NCBI GenBank assembly: GCA_964291265.2
Contig: OZ219747.1
Coordinates: 1,280,001 to 1,344,000 of the forward strand
Direction of reading: 5' to 3'
Source: Alphaproteobacteria bacterium
Lineage (GTDB): Bacteria > Pseudomonadota > Alphaproteobacteria > SP197
DNA length: 64,000 bases
Made by a program: the position numbers and the translations under genes. Each line of letters opens with the position of its first letter. The stretch's first letter is position 1. The notes under the pieces were generated by a model, which saw only the letters and a list, made by a program, of their open reading frames with translations, made no database searches and was not told the origin of the DNA. Below are positions 30,913 through 40,699 of this stretch, one piece after another.

Positions 30913-31140
30913 CCGCACCCTGCGCCGCCGCAACCGCAACGCACGCAGCCTCTTCGCCCAGCGCAACAGAAACCGTCAGCTCTCCAGCCTCGAGATCGTC
31001 CCGCCCGACGAACCACGACGAGGACGGAGAACGCCAGAACGAAACCACGCGCAAAAGCCTGAAGCTCCCCTCCCACATCACGTTCCACAAACGCCGAACG
31101 CCAGAAAACGCCGACCGGAACGACATCGTCAACGTCAATG
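30812..31140 (+). pseudogene. Diverged, internally deleted copy of the primase gene
   Basis: Aligns to about 29433-29635 and then jumps to about 29881-30005 via the shared (G/A)ACC sequence; contains a TGG>TGA nonsense change. Confidence 0.85.
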
Positions 31141-31508
31141 CAAGACCAATGGGATCCAACAATAGGCAGAAAACAAAGACCGGGCGGACCTTCGTCCAAT
31201 GCCGCACGTTCTCCTGTCGTGGTCACCCACTCACACGATCAGCGCCCAAAAGAGCGGTTCTCCGCCAATATCCCGCCGTTCTAAATCGCCGCCGACAGAC
31301 TTGATCCACACCGCGGATCTTCGGCCAGCCCGCGACGTTCAGTCCGGCAAATGCCTGCGTGGGTAGACAGGGTCGGCAACGATCCCGTCTACTCGGCACT
31401 GGGGGCAACGCGCCTGTCGACTGCAAGTCCGTTCGAACATGTGTGAGCCACGCTGTCGATGGGACTGCTGCCGGGAGGCAGTTCCCGCTGCACTGACATC
31501 CGCACAGG

Positions 31509-33179
31509 TCAGGTCGATGCGGACCCGCCACAGTACCCGTAGTCCCTCCTGGCGGCGGCGGGGGTGACGAGACCGCTCCTGAGATCGGCGGCGATCAGGG
31601 TCGGGTCGCGTGTTGCCGGATCGCCGTAACCGCCGCCGCCAGGTGTCTCCATGCGAAGCGTTTCGCCCGGGGGAATGTCCTGTTCGCCCTTGCCGTTGAG
31701 CGGTCGCCCCGATGACAGGCGCAGGACACCGCGGGCGCCGTCACGGCCGCCCTCCCGGCCCCGCGGCGGATAGGTGATCCTGTCGAGTGCCGCTGCCAGC
31801 TGGAGCGTGGCGTTCTCGGACGATCCGACCTCGATGATCTGTCCGTGGCCGCCTCGATAGCGTCCGGCGCCGCCGGAGTCGGGACGCAATTCGCGGCGCC
31901 AGATGATGAGCGGAGCGACAGACTCGGCCAGTTCCACCTGGGTTCCGATGACACCGGAGGGAAAGGCAGTCGCATCGAGGCCGTCACTCGTGGGGCGGGC
32001 GCCGGTGCCGCCGTTGTGGACCATTTCGAGGGCGAAGCGCGTCTGTCCGCTGGAATGGTAGATTCCGAAGCCGCCCCGCAGGGGAAGATCCCAAAGCACC
32101 GACGTTCCTTCAGCCGGTACGCTTCCGGGCCGCGCCCTGTGGAGACAGCCCAGGGCCGCATCGGGAAGCAGCTGTCCGACGATGTGGCGCATGACCACGG
32201 GGGCCGGTTTGCTGGCATTCATGATCGAGCCTTCCGGGGCCCGTACGCAAAACGGCTCCAGGGCTCCGGCGTTGTTGGGGATGTCGGGCGCCATGACGCA
32301 CTTCAGACCGAACACGGTGTAGGCCTGGGAGTAGGTCATCGGGCAGTTGATGCCGTACCGGGAAGCCGGCGAGCTGCCGTCGAAGTCGATGGCGAGGGTG
32401 CCATCGGCAATGGTGAGCCGGGCGGCGATCCTGATCTCGAACTCGTAGCCGTCAACCATCATCTCGTTCGACCAGGTTCCGGAAGGCCACGAGCGAAGGC
32501 GCCCCCTTGTCGCCTCGCGCGACGTGTCGATGATGTGGTCCGCAAGGCCGGCGAGCGACGTCAGGGCAAATTCGCGCATCATGTCGCCAAGCCGTTCCTC
32601 ACCCACTTCGCAGCAGGCGATGAGAGCGTAGAGATCACCCTCGTTCTGCATCGGGACCCGGCTGTTGGCCCTGATCAGCGTCATCAGCGTGTGGTTGATC
32701 GTGCCGCCTTCGATGAGCTTGATGGGCGGGATGAACATGCCTTCCTCGTGGACATCGGCGGCGTCGGGGCCGAAGCTCCTTCCGCCGATGTCGGCGAGGT
32801 GCGAGGTGCAGGCATTGAGGCCAACCACCGTGCCATCGAGGAAACACGGCTTGACCAGAACGAAATCGTTGAGATGGCCGGCCCCGATCCAGGGATCGTT
32901 GGTCAACCAGAGGTCGCCGGGACGGGCTTCACCCGGGGGAAAGTGGCGGACCAGGTGACGGACCGATGCCGCCATGGTGTTGATGTGGCCTGGCGTGCCC
33001 GTCACCGCTTGGGCCATCATGCGCCCCTCAAGATCGAAGATGCCTGCCGAGATGTCACCCGATTCGCGCACGATGGGACTGAAAGCGGCGCGCATCAGTG
33101 TCTGGGCCTGTTCCTCGACAACCGAGATGAGACGGTCCCACATGATCTGGAGGTGAATTCTCTCGAGCGCGTCGGTCAT
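31509..33179 (-). CDS. Hydantoinase B / 5-oxoprolinase family protein
   Basis: AFSPIVRESGD, NDPWIGAGHLND, HLADIGG, DSGGAGRYRGG, TPGGGGYG motifs. Confidence 0.95.
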   Translation of the reverse strand: MTDALERIHLQIMWDRLISVVEEQAQTLMRAAFSPIVRESGDISAGIFDLEGRMMAQAVTGTPGHINTMAASVRHLVRHFPPGEARPGDLWLTNDPWIGAGHLNDFVLVKPCFLDGTVVGLNACTSHLADIGGRSFGPDAADVHEEGMFIPPIKLIEGGTINHTLMTLIRANSRVPMQNEGDLYALIACCEVGEERLGDMMREFALTSLAGLADHIIDTSREATRGRLRSWPSGTWSNEMMVDGYEFEIRIAARLTIADGTLAIDFDGSSPASRYGINCPMTYSQAYTVFGLKCVMAPDIPNNAGALEPFCVRAPEGSIMNASKPAPVVMRHIVGQLLPDAALGCLHRARPGSVPAEGTSVLWDLPLRGGFGIYHSSGQTRFALEMVHNGGTGARPTSDGLDATAFPSGVIGTQVELAESVAPLIIWRRELRPDSGGAGRYRGGHGQIIEVGSSENATLQLAAALDRITYPPRGREGGRDGARGVLRLSSGRPLNGKGEQDIPPGETLRMETPGGGGYGDPATRDPTLIAADLRSGLVTPAAARRDYGYCGGSAST

Positions 33180-35305
33180 GAGGGGACTGCCTCCCTGGTC
33201 TCGAGTACGATGTGTCCGTGACGGTCAATTCGCCCGTGGAACGATGCCGTGACCACGGTTGTGGTCTGCCCTTCGGTGATGACGCAGGGGCCCTCGAAGA
33301 CGGCGCCGGGGGTCAGCGACTGCCTGCTGAGGACCGGCACATCCACCATCTCTCCTGTGGCGGGGTCGACAACGTGGCGCCGTGGCGAGCCTGCCCCTTC
33401 GTCTCTTGCGGCAGTCATCACCGTTTCCGGATCGTCCGGCAGCGGTGCTGCCACCACGAGTTTCCAGCCGAGGATCTCGATGTCCATCCCTGGAACGTTG
33501 CGGGAGTACTGGCGAGCGTACTCATGGTCGTATGCCGCCCGCAGAACCGTCCTTTCGCCATCGTTGATTGTGCCGCCGCTAACAGGAACCTCGATCTCGT
33601 GCCCCTGTCCGAGATAGCGCATGAAACAGCTGCGGCGCTCCTCGAGGGGGGCATCTCCGGCTCCCTGGCGGACGATGGTCGATGCCTCTTCGGCCATGGA
33701 GGAGTAGATCCCTGCCACCACGGGAGCGTCGAACGTCGCCAGGGTCATGTAGCGGCTGCGCACGACCTCGAATGCGACCGGTGCGCGCAGCATGCCGACG
33801 GCAGAGCCGACGCCGGGATGGAGCGGAATGACAACGCGTCGGATACCGAGTTTTTCGGCCATGCGACATGCGTGCAGGGGACCTGCGCCTCCGAACGCAA
33901 TCATCGTGCATTGCCTCAGGATCTTGCCTCGCTCGACCGCATGGACCTGGGCGGCGCTGGCCATGTTCTCGTCGACAACTTCCGACAAGCCGAGTGCTCC
34001 GGCCACGACGTCCATGGACAGTGGATCGGCAATGTCCCGTCGGATGGCCTGCCGGGCCGCATCCATATCGAGGGTCATGCTGCCACCGGCAAATCCCGTT
34101 GCCTGAAGGCGGCCAAGAACGAGGTCCGAATCGGTGACGGTGGCATTGGTGCCGCCCCTGGCGTAGCAACTCGGTCCTGGTTCCGACCCGGCGCTGCGCG
34201 GACCGACCGAGATCCGCCCGAGGCCGTCGACGCCAGCTATCGATCCTCCGCCGGCGCCGATCTCGATCATCTCGATCACCGGCAGGCGAACGGTCATGCC
34301 GCTCCCCTTTGTGAAACGTGCCGCACGGGCAATCTCGAAAATGCGGGCAGTCTGCGGCCTGGCATCGTCAATCAGGCAGATCTTGGCCGTGGTGCCGCCC
34401 ATGTCGCAGGACAGAACGCGGGGATCACCGCGCCTGTCCGCCACCCGGGAGGCGAGCACGGCTCCGGCGCTCGGTCCCGACTCGACGAGTCGGATCGGAA
34501 GGCTGACCGCCGTCTCAAGGGAGCAGATACTGCCGCCCGAGGTCATCAGCAGCAACGGGCCGGAGATGCCGGCAGCGGTGAGTTCTGCCGCAAGCGCGCC
34601 GAGGTAACGGGCCATCAGAGGCCGCACGTAGGCATTGCACACGGTGGTGGTGAGCCGTTCGTACTCCCTGACCTCGGGACAGGCCTCCGAAGAAAGGGTG
34701 ATGGAGACATCGGGGCATTCACGCAGGAGAACATCCCGCACCCGCTCTTCGTGATGCGGATTGGCGTAGGCATGCAGGAGACCGACGGCGACGGATTCGA
34801 TTCCTTCGTCACGCACCCTTCCAGCGACCTCCATGACACTCGTCTCGTCGAGTTCGAGGAGGGGCGTTCCGGTGACGTCCATGCGCTCGGTTACTGGCCA
34901 GGTGAGGTGGCGGGGGACAAGGGGCTCGGGCTTGTTCAGCCAGATATCGTACTGATCGTATCGATTCTCGTAGGCGAGGCGCAGCGTATCGCGGAAGCCT
35001 CGGGTACACACCAGCGCCGTTCTCGCACCCCGTCTCTCGATGAGCGCATTGGTGGCAAGCGTGGTGCCGTGGATCACCGAGAGGACGGCATCCGCACCGA
35101 TGTCAGCCTTCTCCAACGCCAGTCGGACGCCTGTCATCACGCCCTGTTCGGGTGCCCGAGGTGTGGTGGGTACCTTGGATGTCTCGAGGCGTCTGTCGCT
35201 TGTTTGAAGAGCGACATCCGTAAAGGTGCCGCCAATGTCCACCCCTATACGGACCCCACCTTGGCGTCGAAGGTCCTTTGTCTTTCCATCAGCGCGTTGT
35301 GGCAT
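33176..35305 (-). CDS. Hydantoinase A / 5-oxoprolinase family protein
   Basis: DIGGTFTD, HGTTLATNA, ESGP, DMGGTT, GAGGGS, FGGAGPLH motifs. Confidence 0.95.
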   Translation of the reverse strand: MPQRADGKTKDLRRQGGVRIGVDIGGTFTDVALQTSDRRLETSKVPTTPRAPEQGVMTGVRLALEKADIGADAVLSVIHGTTLATNALIERRGARTALVCTRGFRDTLRLAYENRYDQYDIWLNKPEPLVPRHLTWPVTERMDVTGTPLLELDETSVMEVAGRVRDEGIESVAVGLLHAYANPHHEERVRDVLLRECPDVSITLSSEACPEVREYERLTTTVCNAYVRPLMARYLGALAAELTAAGISGPLLLMTSGGSICSLETAVSLPIRLVESGPSAGAVLASRVADRRGDPRVLSCDMGGTTAKICLIDDARPQTARIFEIARAARFTKGSGMTVRLPVIEMIEIGAGGGSIAGVDGLGRISVGPRSAGSEPGPSCYARGGTNATVTDSDLVLGRLQATGFAGGSMTLDMDAARQAIRRDIADPLSMDVVAGALGLSEVVDENMASAAQVHAVERGKILRQCTMIAFGGAGPLHACRMAEKLGIRRVVIPLHPGVGSAVGMLRAPVAFEVVRSRYMTLATFDAPVVAGIYSSMAEEASTIVRQGAGDAPLEERRSCFMRYLGQGHEIEVPVSGGTINDGERTVLRAAYDHEYARQYSRNVPGMDIEILGWKLVVAAPLPDDPETVMTAARDEGAGSPRRHVVDPATGEMVDVPVLSRQSLTPGAVFEGPCVITEGQTTTVVTASFHGRIDRHGHIVLETREAVPS

Positions 35306-35472
35306 GGTTTCTACCTGTACGCGAAAGTACGGTCGGAAGGGATGACAGGAGAAGCCGCCGTCTTTCCGGTACGGAAGTGGTCCGGCCTCATCGGCTGAGG
35401 GCCTCAGTCAGGACTGCTCAAGGGTTTCGGTCGCTGCCGTCGGACCGCCGAAGGCGCATGCTCCTGTACATG

Positions 35473-36576
35473 TCAGCATGTCACCGCCATCACCGGCGCA
35501 CCCAACTGCGCGAAGTCCGCAGTGACGCCGAGACCGGGTGAATCCGATGCCCACATGAAGCCGTCCTTGATGGCCGGGCCGCCGTCGGCGATGACCACAG
35601 GGGTGTAGTCGTGGAACGGGGACGACTGGAAATGATATCCCTCCGGCGTTGAGTGGGAGAGATGGGCAATCGCCGCGGTGGCGATCTCCCCTCCCCAGGA
35701 GTCCTCAATTGTCATGACTATGCCGAGCGAAACGCAAAGATCGCGAAAGAGCCGGGCCTTTGTGAGTCCTCCGACGCGGCTGATTTTCAGGTTGACCACA
35801 TCCATGGCCCGGTCCGCATAGCCGCGCAGCAGGATTTGCAGACTGTCCATGCATTCGTCGAGGATCATCGGGTGGTTGCAATGCTCGCGCACGACGCGGC
35901 ATTCCTCGTAGCTGAGGCAAGGCTGTTCGATATAGACTTCCACATCGCGTACGGCCGAGACCACGCGCATGGCATCATGCTGGAGCCAGCCGGTATTGGC
36001 ATCGGCCGCCAGAACATTGCCCGGCTGCAGGCCGGCCGAGACCCTGCGGATGCGGCAGATGTCGACATCTGGATCTTCGCCGACCTTCATCTGGAACTGC
36101 GTGAATCCCTCCTCCTGGTATTCGTTCAGCCTGTCGGCCATGACCCCTGGGTCGGTCCGGGAAATCACCTTGAACAGCTTGACCTTGCTCTGCAGACGGC
36201 CGCCCAGAAGATTGCAGACCGGCTGCCCGGTGGCCTTGCCGAGGATGTCCCAGCAGGCCATGTCGATGGCGGACTTGACGTAGGGATGCCCTTTCAGCAT
36301 GCGGTCCATCAGCTGGTTGATCGCGCCCAACTGGCAAGGGTCCTGGCCGATCAGGCCGGGGGCGAGAGTGGCGATGCCGGTGCGCGCGCCCTCCGCATAG
36401 GCCGACAGATAGGCTGGGCCGAGAGGGCAGACTTCTCCCACGCCTGAGAGGCCTTCATCGGTTTCGATCACGACAACGGTGCTGTCGAACGCCGAGAAGG
36501 ATTGCGTCGACCAGCTGTAGGATCCCTCCTTCATGGGAAGGTCGACCTGATAGGTTCTGATGCCGGTGATTTTCAA
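35473..36576 (-). CDS. Mandelate racemase/MLE enolase superfamily, cis-3-hydroxy-L-proline dehydratase-like
   Basis: VDLP..EG.YSWS, CPLG.AYL, QMKVG, DANTGW, EQP, LDE, NLKI, IEDSWGG motifs; TTG start. Confidence 0.82.
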   Translation of the reverse strand: MKITGIRTYQVDLPMKEGSYSWSTQSFSAFDSTVVVIETDEGLSGVGEVCPLGPAYLSAYAEGARTGIATLAPGLIGQDPCQLGAINQLMDRMLKGHPYVKSAIDMACWDILGKATGQPVCNLLGGRLQSKVKLFKVISRTDPGVMADRLNEYQEEGFTQFQMKVGEDPDVDICRIRRVSAGLQPGNVLAADANTGWLQHDAMRVVSAVRDVEVYIEQPCLSYEECRVVREHCNHPMILDECMDSLQILLRGYADRAMDVVNLKISRVGGLTKARLFRDLCVSLGIVMTIEDSWGGEIATAAIAHLSHSTPEGYHFQSSPFHDYTPVVIADGGPAIKDGFMWASDSPGLGVTADFAQLGAPVMAVTC

Positions 36577-37059
36577 GGGCGCCCCTCTGGCAATCAATGC
36601 CCTGCACCTATCATGCATGGGTCACCCTGCCAATGCGCCGGGATCAAGTTGCCGGGGGGAATTCAGCATCGCGACCTGATCATGCAACAGCGAATTCGCG
36701 CGCTTCTGATCCGGCATCTGCACCAGATCGGCATGACGTACTTGGTGGACATGCGCGAGAACCTCGGCTCACTCGTTGGCAACCGCGCTTCCGGCCACCA
36801 CTGCCGCCGCCGCGAGCAAAGATGTTGGTCTTGTCATGGATCGCCTCTCCATCAAGGCACTGGACTTCAGACGGGTACCGCGCCTTGGTGCAGAGCATGG
36901 AGCCGCTCGGCCTTTGTGGTCTGGTGGATGGGTGGCAAGGGCTGTCGCAAGTCGGACGGTTCCCCGCGAGGTGCAACGCTTCCTTCGTGATGGGCCCGTC
37001 GGGCCTCTCCGGAGGATGTCGAGGCGTCCCTCGACGCCAGCCGGGAGTTGGTGCGGCGA

Positions 37060-37440
37060 AGGGAAGGGACGGTTCCGGCGCTTGCTGGAAATGCGCGTCG
37101 GGGCCCTCGCGGTTCTCAAGATCGAGGCGCCCCTCAGGCCTGCCCGCCGACAAGCCGACCAGGTGGACCACCGCCTGCTCAAGGGCGAGAAGGTGTTGTC
37201 GATCTTCGAGGAGCACACGCGCTGGTGCATGAAGGGCAAGGCTGGGGTGCCGGTGGCCATGCTGGAGGACCAGCATGGCTTCCTCCTGCGCCACCGGGTC
37301 CTGATCCTGTGGAGTGGACGGCTTTGCGCGGATGATGGCGCTGTCCATGGTGGCCTTCGATGTCCACCGCATCGGCCCGCTGCTGCACAGGCAGGCCCGG
37401 GACCAGTGACGACGAAGACGCACCGTCTGACGGCGGCTCC
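37060..37440 (+). pseudogene. ISNCY-type transposase remnant with internal deletions
   Basis: DQVDHRLLKGEKVLSIFEEHTRW..KGKAGVPV..LEDQHGFLL; in another frame GFARMMALSMVAFDVHRIG (C-terminus). Confidence 0.7.
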
Positions 37441-37709
37441 CATCCACTCCACCCTGAGAAGTCCGGGCGAAGCGGGAACCGAACCGCTCGCCCGGCGTTC
37501 GGAGTCCCGGCCGGAAGGGCCCTGATGCCGCCGCCAATCGCCAGGAATCCCCCTGGAACGAGCGCGGATCAGTTCCCGTTCAGGCGGCGCCGGCGCTGCG
37601 ACGGCGGGCGGACAACAGGTTCCTTGCCGGCTTTGCGCGGCCGAGATTTCGTTGAATCGGACGTGCGTCTCGTGACATGGTCGCAAAACCAGTGTCGGGA
37701 GACAATCAA

Positions 37710-38540
37710 ATGAGCACAATGAAGCATCTCAGGGGCGCCTTGGCTCTGGCAGGACTCGTCGTTCTGCCTCACTCGGCCAATGCGGACCTGCTGGACGACA
37801 TCGTGGCCGATGGCGAACTGAAGTGCGGCATCATGCTCGACGTGCCGCCTGTGGGCATGCGCGACGAGCAGAACAATCCGGTCGGGTTCGACGTCGAGTT
37901 CTGCCAGGACATGGCCTTGGCGCTGGGCGTGGAGGCCGTCATCGTGGAAACACCGGCCCCGGATCGAATTCCGGCCATCCTTTCGGGACGCGTCGACATC
38001 GGCGTCGCCTCCGCCACCAACAGCCTCGAACGAGCCAAGGCCGTCGCCTTTTCCATTCCCTACCAGATCTGGAATGTCGGCGTCGCGGTCGCGGCGGACA
38101 ACGAGGACATCAACTCGTACACGGATCTTGTCGGCAAGAGCGTCGGCACGGTTCGCGGCACCACCGGCGAAGTGGCTTTCCTCAATGATTTCGAAACATG
38201 GAAGGATATGGGCACGACGCACATTTCCTACGGCTCCAATGCCGAACAGTTCCTGGCGCTGCGACAGGGCAAGGTCGATGCAATCGTCGAATCAACCACG
38301 ATCTTCGGTGAATATATAAAGGGCGCCGGCGCTGGGCTCATCGACGTGTGCTGCGACTACACTTCCGCGCCGTCTGACTGGACCGGCCTCATGGTTCGCC
38401 GCAACGAGCAGGGTTTCCTCAACTGGGTGAATTTGTTCGTCTGGCACCAGTGGAAGAACGGCCGCACCAGCGAACTGTACAGGATGTGGTTCGGTTATGA
38501 CGCGCCGCAGATGGCCTATCCGGGCGTCCATGGATACTGA
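37710..38540 (+). CDS. Amino acid ABC transporter substrate-binding protein
   Basis: Signal peptide; PVGFDVE, DRIPAILSGRVD, SLERA motifs. Confidence 0.92.
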   Translation: MSTMKHLRGALALAGLVVLPHSANADLLDDIVADGELKCGIMLDVPPVGMRDEQNNPVGFDVEFCQDMALALGVEAVIVETPAPDRIPAILSGRVDIGVASATNSLERAKAVAFSIPYQIWNVGVAVAADNEDINSYTDLVGKSVGTVRGTTGEVAFLNDFETWKDMGTTHISYGSNAEQFLALRQGKVDAIVESTTIFGEYIKGAGAGLIDVCCDYTSAPSDWTGLMVRRNEQGFLNWVNLFVWHQWKNGRTSELYRMWFGYDAPQMAYPGVHGY

Positions 38541-38556
38541 GGCCGCCTGACATTCG

Positions 38557-38589
38557 CCCCGGACGCCGGCGGAAAGCGGGCGTCCGGGG
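38557..38589 (+). terminator. GC-rich stem-loop between the SBP and permease genes (attenuator or mRNA stabiliser)
   Basis: CCCCGGACGCC ... GGCGTCCGGGG inverted repeat, without a U tract. Confidence 0.5.
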
Positions 38590-38603
38590 GATGATCACAG
38601 TGC

Positions 38604-39266
38604 ATGTTCGACTACCGCTTCCAGTGGCGCGTTGTCCACCAGCACTGGCCGGAACTGCTGGAAGCGGGCCTGCTGACTCTGCAGATCACGGTCCTATCCG
38701 TGCTCATGGGCCTTGGCATCGGCTTGGTGTTTTCGGTCTGGCGCCGATCCGGCAATCCGCTGCTCTACTGGTTCACCGCAACATGGGTAGCTCTGGCGCG
38801 CAATACGCCGGCCCTGTTGCAGATCTATCTGGCCTACTTCGGACTCGGTGCCTTCGGTCTGCATCTCAGCCCCTATGCGGCGGTGCTGGCGGCCATCACC
38901 TTCAACAATGCAGGCTACCTCGCGGAAATCCTGCGCGGCGGCATTGATTCGGTCAATCCGTCACAACGGGGCGCAGCCCTCGGCTTGGGGCTGAGCCGGT
39001 TGCAGACGTATGTGCACGTGATCTTTCCGCAGGTGTTGCGGACCGTGTTCCTGCCGATCACCAACCAGATCATCTGGGCGATGCTCGGCACGTCTCTCGG
39101 CATGATCATCGGGTTGCAGGAACTCACGGGCATGACGACATTTCTGCAGTCCCAGACTTTCAGACCGTTCGAGTTCTATCTCGCCGCGGCCGCCATTTAT
39201 TTTGTGGTCGCCGAGACGGTGCTGATCTCGGCGCGCATTGTCGCGCGGCTGGCTTTCAGATGGTGA
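38604..39266 (+). CDS. Amino acid ABC transporter permease
   Basis: RNTPALLQ, YLAEILRGG motifs. Confidence 0.92.
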   Translation: MFDYRFQWRVVHQHWPELLEAGLLTLQITVLSVLMGLGIGLVFSVWRRSGNPLLYWFTATWVALARNTPALLQIYLAYFGLGAFGLHLSPYAAVLAAITFNNAGYLAEILRGGIDSVNPSQRGAALGLGLSRLQTYVHVIFPQVLRTVFLPITNQIIWAMLGTSLGMIIGLQELTGMTTFLQSQTFRPFEFYLAAAAIYFVVAETVLISARIVARLAFRW

Positions 39267-39276
39267 TGGGAAGACG

Positions 39277-39954
39277 ATGGGCACGATGCCGCTGAACTTC
39301 ACACTGAACGACCTCCACCTGATGGCGCAGGGTGCCGTCATCACGTTCTTTCTGACGATCATTTCAGGCCTTTTCGGCACGATGATGGGTTTTCTTGTTG
39401 GTTGGGGCCGGTGTGTCGGAAACCGCGCGCTCCTCTACGCACTGGGCGCCTACATCGAGGTCATCCGCACTGTTCCGCTCATCATCCAGTTCGTCCTCTT
39501 CAACAGTTTCATGGCCATTGCCGGCCTGCCGCTCAATCCTTTCGTTTCCGGCCTTGTCACACTCTCGGTCTATATTTCCGGCTATGTCGCGGAGGTGGTG
39601 AAAGCCGGCATCGAATCGGTGCCGCGACAAACAAGCATGGCAGCGCGCAGTCTCGGGATGACCTATCTTCAGGACTTCTTCCATGTTGTCCTGCCCATCG
39701 GCACCAGAGCCGTCCTGCCCGCGTGGACCGGACTGATGCTCGGACTGATGAAAGACACGTCGCTGATCGCGGTTCTCGGCGCCACGCCGCCAGAGCTGCT
39801 GCGAGCCTCGCAGATCATCATCACCCGCATTCAGGAACCGCTCATGATCCTCGTTGGCGCCGGTGCGTTCTACTTTGCGATGTGCCATCTTGTCGCCAGG
39901 GTCGCGGACGGCATGGAGCGGCGCTGGCGACGCGAGCAGGAAGCCCTGCAATGA
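39277..39954 (+). CDS. Amino acid ABC transporter permease
   Basis: RTVPLIIQ, AARSLG, MKDTSL motifs. Confidence 0.92.
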   Translation: MGTMPLNFTLNDLHLMAQGAVITFFLTIISGLFGTMMGFLVGWGRCVGNRALLYALGAYIEVIRTVPLIIQFVLFNSFMAIAGLPLNPFVSGLVTLSVYISGYVAEVVKAGIESVPRQTSMAARSLGMTYLQDFFHVVLPIGTRAVLPAWTGLMLGLMKDTSLIAVLGATPPELLRASQIIITRIQEPLMILVGAGAFYFAMCHLVARVADGMERRWRREQEALQ

Positions 39955-40673
39955 TACGCATCGAAGAAGTCCGGAAATCCTATGGTTCCCTCGATGTCCT
40001 CAGGGGCGTAGACCTGACGGTCGAAACCGGAGACGTGCTGTGCCTCATCGGCGCCAGCGGCTCCGGCAAATCGACCCTGCTGCTGTGCATCAACGCGCTG
40101 GAGACCATTCAGGGCGGCCGCATCCTGGTCGACGACATCGATGTTCATGCGAAGGAAACGGATCGAAACGCGCTCCGCCGGAAGATCGGCATCGTCTTTC
40201 AACAGTACAACGCCTTTCCGCACCTCGACGCCGTCGGCAATGTCGCCTTGGCGCCCCGCCGGGTTCTCGGCAAGAGCAGGAAGGTCGCCAAGGAGCTTGC
40301 CGAACATCATCTTGCCCATGTCGGCCTGGGCGACAAGCTGCGCCACTACCCGTCGCAGCTGTCGGGAGGGCAGCAGCAGCGCCTGGCGATCGCCCGGGCG
40401 CTCGCCATGGAGCCGGACTACATGCTGCTGGACGAGGTCACCTCGGCTCTCGATCCGGAACTGGTTGGCGAAGTGCTTGATACTCTGCGCCTTCTCAGCG
40501 ACGAAGGCATGACGATGATCGCCGTCACCCATGAGATCCCGTTCGCGCGCGAAGTGGCGGATCGGGTCGCGTTCTTCCACAAGGGCGTGATTCACGAAAT
40601 CGGCCCCGCCGAAGAGGTGATCGACACGCCCCGGATGCCACGCACTCGGGAGTTTCTGGGAAAGATACTCTGA
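39951..40673 (+). CDS. Amino acid ABC transporter ATP-binding protein
   Basis: GASGSGKS, LSGGQQQR, LDEVTSALD motifs. Confidence 0.95.
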   Translation: MIRIEEVRKSYGSLDVLRGVDLTVETGDVLCLIGASGSGKSTLLLCINALETIQGGRILVDDIDVHAKETDRNALRRKIGIVFQQYNAFPHLDAVGNVALAPRRVLGKSRKVAKELAEHHLAHVGLGDKLRHYPSQLSGGQQQRLAIARALAMEPDYMLLDEVTSALDPELVGEVLDTLRLLSDEGMTMIAVTHEIPFAREVADRVAFFHKGVIHEIGPAEEVIDTPRMPRTREFLGKIL

Positions 40674-40699
40674 ACAGAAGACCATGCGAGGAACGACGG

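Larger units (their letters stand above)
25970..31297 (+). mobile_element. IS21-family transposon with primase-like cargo (5,328 bp)
   Basis: IRL TGTTGATGGCTGCATAGAACGGCGGGATTTCGGCG versus IRR (reverse complement) TGTCGGCGGCGATTTAGAACGGCGGGATATTGGCG; TG...CA ends; 7-bp direct repeat GACTTGA at 25963-25969 and 31298-31304; istA-istB inside. Confidence 0.93.

Noticed and set aside
29433-31140. Primase gene and its diverged copy as a DGR variable/template repeat pair
   Set aside because: Differences are not confined to adenines, the copy has a large deletion, and the only RT in the window is a truncated group II intron type 30 kb away.
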